Of a stretch of DNA of 64,000 nt, positions 26,301 to 36,377 are shown one piece after another. Position 1 is the stretch's first letter; each line of letters begins with the position of its first letter. Location: contig JAUCBJ010009088.1 in the NCBI GenBank assembly GCA_032718475.1, positions 1-64,000 of the forward strand, given 5' to 3'. The DNA is from Nemertoderma westbladi. Lineage: Eukaryota > Animalia > Xenacoelomorpha. The notes under the pieces are model-generated. The model was given only the letters and a program-made list of their open reading frames with translations. It did not search any database and was not told where the DNA came from. Position numbers and translations under genes: made by a program.

Positions 26301-29300
26301 AATATATTAAACCTTGTCTCCGACCTAAGTAAATTAAATAAAATATATTAAACCTTGTCTCTAACCTAAATAAATTGAATTAAATATATTAAACCTTGTC
26401 TCCAACCTGAATAAATTAATTAAATATATTAAACCTTGTCTCCGACCTAAATAAATTAATGAAATATATTAAACCTTGTCTCCGACCTAAGTAAATTAAA
26501 TAAAATATATTAAACCTTGTCTCTAACCTAAATAAATTGAATTAAATATATTAAACCTTGTCTCCAACCTGAATAAATTAATTAAATATATTAAACCTTG
26601 TCTCCGACCTAAATAAATTAATGAAATATATTAAACCTTGTCTCCGACCTAAGTAAATTAAATAAAATATATTAAACCTTGTCTCTAACCTAAATACATT
26701 GAATTAAATATATTAAACCTTGTCTAAAAACCTAAATAAATTGAACTAAATATATTAAACCTTGTCTCCGACCTAAATAAATTAGTTAAATATATTAAAC
26801 CTTGTCTCCAACCTAAATAAATTGAATTAAATATATTAAACCTTGTCTCCAACCTAAATAAATTGAATTAAATATATTAAACCTTGTCTCCAAACTAAAT
26901 AAATTGAATTAAATATATTAAACCCTGTCTCCGACCTAAATAAATTAGTTAAATATATTAAACCTTGTCTCCAACCTGGATAAATTAATTAAATATATTA
27001 AACCTTGTCTTCGACCTAAATAAATTAATGAAATATATTAAACCTTGTCTCCGACCTAAATAAATAAATTAAATATATTAAACCTTGCCTCCAACCTAAG
27101 TAAATTAAATAAAATATATTAAACCTTGTCTCCGAGCTAAATAAATTAGTTAAATATATTAAACCTTGTCTGTAACCTAAATAAATTAAATTAAATATAT
27201 TAAACCTTGCCTCCAACCTAAGTAAATTAAATAAAATATATTAAACCTTGTCTCTAACCTAAATACATTGAATTAAATATAGTAAACCTTGTCTAAAAAC
27301 CTAAATAAATTGAACTAAATATATTAAACCTTGTCTCCGACCTAAATAAATTAGTTAAATATATTAAACCTTGTCTCCAACCTAAATAAATTGAATTAAA
27401 TATATTAAACCTTGTCTCCAACCTAAATAAATTGAATTAAATATATTAAACCTTGTCTCCAAACTAAATAAATTGAATTAAATATATTAAACCCTGTCTC
27501 CGACCTAAATAAATTAGTTAAATATATTAAACCTTGTCTCCAACCTGGATAAATTAATTAAATATATTAAACCTTGTCTTCGACCTAAATAAATTAATGA
27601 AATATATTAAACCTTGTCTCCGACCTAAATAAATAAATTAAATATATTAAACCTTGCCTCCAACCTAAGTAAATTAAATAAAATATATTAAACCTTGTCT
27701 CCGAGCTAAATAAATTAGTTAAATATATTAAACCTTGTCTGTAACCTAAATAAATTAAATTAAATATATTAAACCTTGTCTCCGACCTAAATAAATTAGT
27801 TAAATATATTAAACCTTGTCTCCAACCTAAATAAATTAGTTAAATATATTAAACCTTGTCTGTAACCTAAATAAATTAAATTAAATATATTAAACCTTGT
27901 CTCCGACCTAAATAAATTAGTTAAATATATTAAACCTTGTCTCCAACCTAAATAAATTAAATTAAATATATTAAACCTTGTCTCCGACCTAAATAAATAA
28001 ATTAAATATATTAAACCTTGCCTCCAACCTAAGTAAATTAAATAAAATATATTAAACCTTGTCTCCGAGCTAAATAAATTAGTTAAATATATTAAACCTT
28101 GTCTGTAACCTAAATAAATTAAATTAAATATATTAAACCTTGTCTCCGACCTAAATAAATTAGTTAAATATATTAAACCTTGCCTCCAACCTAAGTAAAT
28201 TAAATAAAATATATTAAACCTTGTCTCTAACCTAAATACATTGAATTAAATATATTAAACCTTGTCTAAAAACCTAAATAAATTGAACTAAATATATTAA
28301 ACCTTGTCTCCGACCTAAATAAATTAGTTAAATATATTAAACCTTGTCTCCAACCTAAATAAATTGAATTAAATATATTAAACCTTGTCTCCAACCTAAA
28401 TAAATTGAATTAAATATATTAAACCTTGTCTCCAAACTAAGTAAATTGAATTAAATATATTAAACCCTGTCTCCGACCTAAATAAATTAGTTAAATATAT
28501 TAAACCTTGTCTCCAACCTAAATAAATTAGATAAATATATTAAACCCTGTCTCCAACCTAAATAAATTGAATTAAATATATTAAACCTTGTCTCCAACCT
28601 AAATAAATTGAATTAAATATATTAAACCTTGTCTCTAACCTAAATACATTGAATTAAATATATTAAACCTTGTCTAAAAACCTAAATAAATTGAACTAAA
28701 TATATTAAACCTTGTCTCCGACCTAAATAAATTAGTTAAATATATTAAACCTTGTCTCCAACCTAAATAAATTGAATTAAATATATTAAACCTTGTCTCC
28801 AACCTAAATAAATTGAATTAAATATATTAAACCCTGTCTCCGACCTAAATAAATTAGTTAAATATATTAAACCTTGTCTCCAACCTAAATAAATTGAATT
28901 AAATATATTAAACCTTGTCTCCAAACTAAGTAAATTGAATTAAATATATTAAACCCTGTCTCCGACCTAAATAAATTAGTTAAATATATTAAACCTTGTC
29001 TCCAACCTGGATAAATTAATTAAATATATTAAACCTTGTCTTCGACCTAAATAAATTAATGAAATATATTAAACCTTGTCTCCAACCTAAATAAATTGAA
29101 TTAAATATATTAAACCTTGTCTCCAAACTAAGTAAATTGAATTAAATATATTAAACCCTGTCTCCGACCTAAATAAATTAGTTAAATATATTAAACCTTG
29201 TCTCCAACCTGGATAAATTAATTAAATATATTAAACCTTGTCTTCGACCTAAATAAATTAATGAAATATATTAAACCTTGTCTCCAACCTAAATAAATTG

Positions 29301-30750
29301 AATTAAATATATTAAACCTTGTCTCCAAACTAAGTAAATTGAATTAAATATATTAAACCCTGTCTCCGACCTAAATAAATTAGTTAAATATATTAAACCT
29401 TGTCTCCAACCTGGATAAATTAATTAAATATATTAAACCTTGTCTCCGACCTAAATAAATTAGTTAAATATATTAAACCTTGTCTCCAACCTAAATAAAT
29501 TGAATTAAATATATTAAACCTTGTCTCCAAACTAAGTAAATTGAATTAAATATATTAAACCCTGTCTCCGACCTAAATAAATTAGTTAAATATATTAAAC
29601 CTTGTCTCCAACCTGGATAAATTAATTAAATATATTAAACCTTGTCTTCGACCTAAATAAATTAATGAAATATATTAAACCTTGTCTCCAACCTAAATAA
29701 ATTGAATTAAATATATTAAACCTTGTCTCCAAACTAAGTAAATTGAATTAAATATATTAAACCCTGTCTCCGACCTAAATAAATTAGTTAAATATATTAA
29801 ACCCTGTCTCCAACCTAAATAAATTGAATTAAATATATTAAACCCTGTCTCCGACCTAAATAAATTAGTTAAATATATTAAACCTTGTCTCCGACCTAAA
29901 TAAATTAGTTAAATATATTAAACCTTGTCTCCGACCTAAATAAATTAGTTAAATATATTAAACCCTGTCTCCAACCTAAATAAATTGAATTAAATATATT
30001 AAACCCTGTCTCCGACCTAAATAAATTAGTTAAATATATTAAACCTTGTCTCCAACCTGAATAAATTGAATTAAATATATTAAACCTTGTCTCCAACCTA
30101 AATAAATTAGATAAATATATTAAACCCTGTCTCCGACCTAAATAAATTAGTTAAATATATTAAACCTTGTCTCCGACCTAAATAAATTAGTTAAATATAT
30201 TAAACCTTGTCTCCGACCTAAATAAATTAGTTAAATATATTAAACCTTGTCTCCGACCTAAATAAATTAGTTAAATATATTAAACCCTGTCTCCAACCTA
30301 AATAAATTGAATTAAATATATTAAACCCTGTCTCCGACCTAAATAAATTAGTTAAATATATTAAACCTTGTCTCCAACCTGAATAAATTGAATTAAATAT
30401 ATTAAACCTTGCCTCCAACCTAAATAAATTGAATTAAATATATTAAACCTTGTCTCCAACCTAAATAAATTAGATAAATATATTAAACCCTGTCTCCGAC
30501 CTAAATAAATTAGTTAAATATATTAAACCTTGTCTCCGACCTAAATAAATTAGTTAAATATATTAAACCTTGTCTCCGACCTAAATAAATTAGTTAAATA
30601 TATTAAACCTTGTCTCCGACCTAAATAAATTAATTAAATATATTAAACCCTGTCTCCGACCTAAATAAATTGAATTAAATATATTAAACCTTGTCTCCGA
30701 CCTAAATAAATTAGCTAAATATATTAAACCTTGTCTCCAACCTAAATAAT
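20301..30750. repeat. 40-bp tandem array (~260 copies) made of the acceptor (28 intron nt) plus first 12 nt of exon 20079-20312; contains a 4379-bp higher-order duplication
   Basis: Minus unit GTTTAATATATTTAACTAATTTATTTAG|GTTGGAGACAAG; identical ORFs at 22646/27025 and 25526/29905 are both offset by 4379. Confidence 0.97.
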
Positions 30751-30913
30751 TAAATAAAATAAATAAAAATAAAATTGAACCGATATAAATTTAATGAAAT
30801 AATACATACTATACAACAACATAGTTGTGGTTAGAAAATAGATCTAATATTTATATTATTACATAAATATTGTTAAGAAACACAATAAAATGGTTATTAA
30901 TTGTTTGAGTAAC

Positions 30914-31075
30914 CTTGATCTCCTTTGGGGCCGTCTTCTCCCTTACTCCCCTCGTCACCTTTCTTCCCTAGCCATCCCATCGCCCCATCGCTCCCCTTCA
31001 CTCCCACAGCTCCCTTGACGCCCTTATACCCAGGAGGTCCAGTAGCACCTACCTCGCCTTTGGCACCGCGATCCC
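30914..31075 (-). CDS. Collagen exon (162 nt, phase 1-1): GDRGAKGEVGATGPPGYKGVKG...GEDGPKGDQG
   Basis: atttag| acceptor, 18 perfect triplets; weak |gttact donor inferred because read-through hits TAA. Confidence 0.88.
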
Positions 31076-31596
31076 CTAAATGTAAATGAATTAATCGATA
31101 ATATATATTTACGCCATGGTGCTGTGTAAATAAACACTTTTTATCATTAAATAACGGGGAATCAATCAATCAATATATCGATCGGGGTGTATTTATTTTA
31201 TGTTTACAGCAGTAATTTATTGATGGCATATAATCTATAATTTTATGAGTTGTGTTCGTAAAAGTAGAGCGGCCTGCTTTGATTAATTTAATTCGCATAT
31301 TTAAAATGTTTTAAAAATTATTTAAGAAACTCAACCACAAGCTCAACAATAATTGTGGCTTCCTAAGCTAAGCGTTTAAAAAGTAATTATTTACTTTATG
31401 TATTTAAGTGTAAGACTAGACCAGTGAAATAATATTGCATCGCAGAAATAAGACATATGTCATTTATTATTATCTAAAAAAAACAGTCGAGAAACAAGAA
31501 TCAATGTAAACAATCAATCATTCATCAATGTAAACATGTTTATTCTTCATACATACATTATAAATAAAGCTTAAAAAATCGGTCAGCCACACTAAC

Positions 31597-31726
31597 CTTT
31601 ATGGCCTTTAGTGCCTTCAGGGCCGGGATTGGTAGATGATAAACCTGGATCACCTGGGAAACCATGGTCGCCCTTATAGCCTTTGTCACCGTTCTTCCCT
31701 TTGTATCCTGGCATTCCATCGCGTCC
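31597..31726 (-). CDS. Collagen exon (130 nt, phase 0-1): GRDGMPGYKGKNGDKGYKGDHGFPGDPGLSSTNPGPEGTKGHKG
   Basis: ccccag| acceptor with upstream ctaat, |gttagt donor; most 5' exon I can find in the window. Confidence 0.88.
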
Positions 31727-32005
31727 CTGGGGTAACGTTCACGATTAGCAGGGGTGATTCCGTCACACCAAGACGCACATACAGTATGAGAATCATTAAT
31801 TACACCAGCCCAGCCAGTATAACGACATATGTAAGAAAAATAACTCACAGCATTTCCTAAAGCTCAAATACCGAAATTAACTAAATATAAGAAAACTTTA
31901 TCCCAATGTAGTAGGCCTACCGAGTTTAACATTACTATCAGTATTTACATGTGGGTTAGGTAGGATCATTATTATTCATTAAGTCCTATAAGATTATCTC
32001 AGTAA

Positions 32006-32554
32006 ATTCCACTCTCCTACACTATTTACAAGTGTTTGTTTTACTTACAGATATTCCACTCTCCTACACTATTTACCAGTGTTTGTTTTACTTACAGATA
32101 TTCCACTCCCCTACACTATTTACCAGTGTTTGTTTTACTTACAGATATTCCACTCTCCTACACTATTTACCAGTGTTTGTTTTACTTACAGATATTCCAC
32201 TCTCCTACACTATTTACCAGTGTTTGTTTTACTTACAGATATTCCACTCTCCTACACTATTTACCAGTGTTTGTTTTACTTCAGATATTCCACTCTCCTA
32301 CACTATTTACCAGTGTTTGTTTTACTTACAGATATTCCACTCTCCTACACTATTTACCAGTGTTTGTTTTACTTACAGATATTCCACTCTCCTACACTAT
32401 TTACCAGTGTTTGTTTTACTTACAGATATTCCACTCTTCTACACTATTTACCAGTGTTTGTTTTACTTACAGATATTCCACTCTCCTACACTATTTACCA
32501 GTGTTTGTTTTACTTACAGATATTCCACTCTCCTACACTATTTACCAGTGTTTG
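32006..32554. repeat. 47-bp tandem array (~12 copies), cut off by an LTR; minus strand contains GGA ATA TCT|GTAAGT
   Basis: acttacagat recurs at 32043, 32090, etc. Confidence 0.95.
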
Positions 32555-34582
32555 TGTGACGGGATCATCCGGAGATGAACCCGATTTATCCTGTTTTAGT
32601 TCACGCGTCCCCGCCGTGTGAAAGAGTGTAAGTTGAGGTTACTGTTGTTCGTTATATTGTGATCTTGAGACGTGATATAGATATAGATATAGATTGATGT
32701 TATACACTGACGTTCACAGGTTGACGGGATGACGGTAACTAAAATCCCGGTACTTCCCTAATTGTAACTTACTGTACCACCAGTAACACTGAGATAACTG
32801 AGGTAATATGATTACTGCTTACTGGTTATATCGCACGGTGGCCTTATTGCTACTCAATCGGTGCCAGCCCCCCTCTGATTGGTTGCTACCCTTGTTGGCG
32901 CCCTTTGAGGTGTTCCCGTTCACCCCAGCTATTCTCTCCCTTGTCAGGGTACTAACCCCTGACCCTTATTGTGTGCTTCTCCTTCCCATTCTGTTGGGGA
33001 GACACGAGTTGGTTTGGGACCTAATCTCGTGTCCCCCAATATTGCTTATTGGCTTAACTTTGTGGAGTATTGGCGGGATTGATTCGCTAACACTCCCCCC
33101 CATGCCATCTTCCCGGTGAAGATAGCATCAAACCATAAAGTGCGTTACAATCCCGCTGGATCCCGATCTAGCATCGGGTGTGGGGTGGAAATCTTTTCTT
33201 TTGGAGTCGGCTTTCCAGGCCGCTCCCTCTGGGTATGATAACGCTACCCTTTTACGCCTGGCGTCCGCGCCGGGCCAATCGCGCTCTCCTCTCACACGAT
33301 TTTTGTTTCCCCAACACTTTCGCCCTTAACTCTCACTCACTCTCGGACTTCTCTGTCCCTTACTCAGCCTCTTACTCTTTCCCCACTCCAGGATTGCATC
33401 CGCACCCTCTCCACATTATCTGACTCTCTTCTCAACCCCTCACTGACTACCTCATCTACTCTGACGAATGTCACCTCCCCTCCCGTGCCGTCGCACTCAA
33501 GAAGTGTGAAGTCGTCTCATGTCTCGTCCATAGTCCCATAGTCAAGTTAGCCCCCCCCATTCCCAGTAGCTAGTTGAGAAAGGTTGTAAGGTTGTACGAC
33601 TATAGTACTTACTCCAAACGTATGTATTTGTTACTAATTACTACGTACGTACATACAAATTGCATTTATGTGATTATTTGCATTAATTAAATTTGTACTT
33701 AATAGTTCGTACGTTCCGCGCGGCGCCTTCCAGGCGTACCACGTGCTAGTCCCAGTTCGTCTTTCGTCCCAAGCGATCTCCGCGGTCTATGGAGTCGCTG
33801 GTAGGCGAACTTCTCTACGTTACTCTCTCTATTTACATCGATCTCTCCGCCCCTCTCGGGCATTGTCTCCCCGAATGCTATCCGTGGTGCCGTCCCCGGT
33901 TGCTCGCCCAACCTGATGGTGCTCCCCGCGAAGTCCATCGCCGGCTCCTCGTGCACCCAGGTCCGCTTGCCGGATCTGTTCCAGAAGGCCCTCGCCCCAC
34001 TGGCCGTCACCACCCTTCTGCCAACCCAGTCCGTATCCGAGCGGCCTATCCTCGCGATGGGCGGCATCTTCCCGAACTCGTCGTCGTCTTCTTCCTCCTC
34101 TCGCAGTGGTTCCAATCCCGGTACCCCGGCTGACCCACTATGTCCCTTCCCGCCTTGGCTCTCGCCCGTAGCTCTCCATCCCTCTAGCTCCCTTAACTTC
34201 CTTTGCGGTCGGTCGCCTTTGACGCCCGCTGGTATGGGCATCGCTTGCAATCCCGACGTCGACTGTTTCGGTGATCTCACCGTCCACCCCAGTCCTTTCC
34301 CTAGAGACTCCCCCGAACTCCCTTACGAAGCCCAATGAAGTTCATCTAAGGGTGCTTGTTCCTTGAAGCCGTAACTCTGCGCCCTAGCTTCCTCCTCCCT
34401 CTCCTCTGCTTCTCTCCTCTCTCATCTAGTTTGCCTGCCATCTCGAACTCTGCCCGATCGCTCACCCGTAGGTGGTGCCTTGCCAAGGCGCAAACGTGAT
34501 GAGTGATGGGCTTAGATGGTTTAAGTTCTGTTCGATGGCCTATCTCTTCCTGAATTTTCGAGTTATTGCCTATTCTTACTAC
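32555..34582 (-). mobile_element. 3' portion of an LTR retrotransposon: putative 3' LTR 32555-33092 (TGTTAG...GTCACA), PPT 33093-33101, accessory ORF remnant
   Basis: Minus strand GGGGGGGAG directly followed by TGTTAG; ends CA at the 47-bp array; partner LTR not seen in the window. Confidence 0.6.
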
Positions 34583-34820
34583 TGTAAGAAGGTACCGGTA
34601 GTTACCATACTGTAGCCTATTTTATGTACAGATGTAGGCCGTTGTTGTGCGCCTTACCCTGTCTGTCTGTCCTAACTATAATAATCGATGTAATTTGTAT
34701 ATCAGTATAATATGTTAATATATTCATAAAGACGTTACTGCTTTGCTGCTTTTGTGCTACATGCGTTAGAGAACTCGAGGGAGGGGGGTTGAGGCTAAAG
34801 CAGATAAGCCGCCCATTACA

Positions 34821-34835
34821 TGGAGGTCCCACCGA
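34821..34835 (+). promoter_or_regulatory. Primer-binding site complementary to tRNA-Gln 3' end
   Basis: TGGAGGTCCCACCGA is the reverse complement of ...TCGGTGGGACCTCCA, the metazoan tRNA-Gln 3' end as I recall it. Confidence 0.8.
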
Positions 34836-34949
34836 TGCGCTTGAAATAGCACAGTTGTTGGAGGAGTTGGGCAGTAAACATAGAGAACCGGTGCCGGTAC
34901 ATAGACAGATAGAACAGACAGCAGACTACTAGAATATGAGAAGGGTAGG

Positions 34950-36377
34950 GTGCACCTATTGCCTATACAGCGACTACTAACTGAATACAGGAATAGAGAG
35001 CTGGATTCAAAAAAACGGATAACTCGCCAGTCGCCAAAGGAAGTTAGAGAGAATTACCATAAAGAAATAGAGGAGGCGGACAAAATGAGTAAACATAGTC
35101 AAGGCGAAGGATCTACAAAGTCAAAGACTACAGAAGGTGCATCTGCTGAATCAACTCGAGATGGAGAATTTAAATTAATGATGCAAACATTCGCAGATAC
35201 AATGGCGAGGACAATGGAGGCTCAAACTAAAATGATATCAGATATGATGAATAGTTTACATGCAAATGAGACAGTAAGGATCGAAAGAGCGCAATTTGAA
35301 GCAGCAGAAAGAAACCGTAGAGAAGAAGAGATGTTTAATAATCTGATGGCTTCTAATATCACACGGGCGCCGAGGGGGCCTACCCATGATGATGTTGAAA
35401 TAGATGTTCCTTCGAGAAGTCCTGGATTTAGCTCACGGTTTACTGCGGAACGATCAACGAAGTTGACAGAGAAGATTCCACCGTTTGATCCTAAAGTCAT
35501 GTCAATAGAAGAATGGTTTGATGACCATTATGAGAGGGTTATGAAAGATTCACAGGTACCAATAATGGAACAGAAAAATCGGTTGCTTGTAAAGATAGGG
35601 CGTTTACATAAAATGTTAGAGGAAACTTTAGATGAAAGTGATAATTCGACTTACGATACCTTAAAGAGAGCGATAATACGAATATTGGGGGATCATAAGC
35701 GAAGTACAGCTGGCGATGTTGCCAACTGTCGGCAAGGAATTAATGAGACACTGCCGGAATATATAGAGAGGTTTATGATGACAGTCCGTCGTCGACGAGA
35801 AGAGCATTCGGAAGATGGCGAACAAGGAATTCTACAGGATTTCTTTTCAATGAATATTCGTAATGAAGTTCGGGGTCGATTAAAAGGGTGGCGTCGAAAT
35901 AACCCAGATTCTACATGGAAAGAATTATTTCAGAAAGCCCATGAGTTTGATGTTGAATATCCTCGTAGCATTGGTAGCCAGTCTGGAAGTACTGATGTAT
36001 CCGCTGTATCAGCTGGGTTTTCAAATTCAGATAAACAAAAATTTTGTAAGAGGGACCAAAGGAAAGGAAATTATTACTCTGGAAATCGAAATGAAAAATG
36101 TTTCAATTGCAATAAAAATGGACACGTAGCATCACAATGTCGAGCACCCACATTTTGCTACAAATGTAGGAAAACGGGACACATTGCTAAAGATTGTAAA
36201 GAAAACATTATGGAAATTTCATCCCGTAGTAAAGGGAAAGCTACAGAAACGACTGCAAAAGGTGAACTTGGTTGTAGTCTTGTACAAATTGGAAATGATA
36301 TGATGAATCTAGAGAAGGAAGATTATCGAGATTGTTTTTCTGAGAATATAGATGAAGCATTCTGTGATTTCCATTGA
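34950..36377 (+). CDS. gag: Gypsy Gag with two CCHC zinc knuckles (first ATG near 35085)
   Basis: CFNCNKNGHVASQC and CYKCRKTGHIAKDC; capsid-like QGINETLPEYIERF segment. Confidence 0.9.
   Translation: MHLLPIQRLLTEYRNRELDSKKRITRQSPKEVRENYHKEIEEADKMSKHSQGEGSTKSKTTEGASAESTRDGEFKLMMQTFADTMARTMEAQTKMISDMMNSLHANETVRIERAQFEAAERNRREEEMFNNLMASNITRAPRGPTHDDVEIDVPSRSPGFSSRFTAERSTKLTEKIPPFDPKVMSIEEWFDDHYERVMKDSQVPIMEQKNRLLVKIGRLHKMLEETLDESDNSTYDTLKRAIIRILGDHKRSTAGDVANCRQGINETLPEYIERFMMTVRRRREEHSEDGEQGILQDFFSMNIRNEVRGRLKGWRRNNPDSTWKELFQKAHEFDVEYPRSIGSQSGSTDVSAVSAGFSNSDKQKFCKRDQRKGNYYSGNRNEKCFNCNKNGHVASQCRAPTFCYKCRKTGHIAKDCKENIMEISSRSKGKATETTAKGELGCSLVQIGNDMMNLEKEDYRDCFSENIDEAFCDFH

Noticed and set aside
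20301-30750. CRISPR-like repeat/spacer array
   Set aside because: Variable parts are point variants of one unit, not unique spacers; eukaryotic context and no cas genes.
32032-32621. Hydrophobic 175-180 aa ORFs in three frames
   Set aside because: Artefact of a stop-free 47-bp tandem unit.
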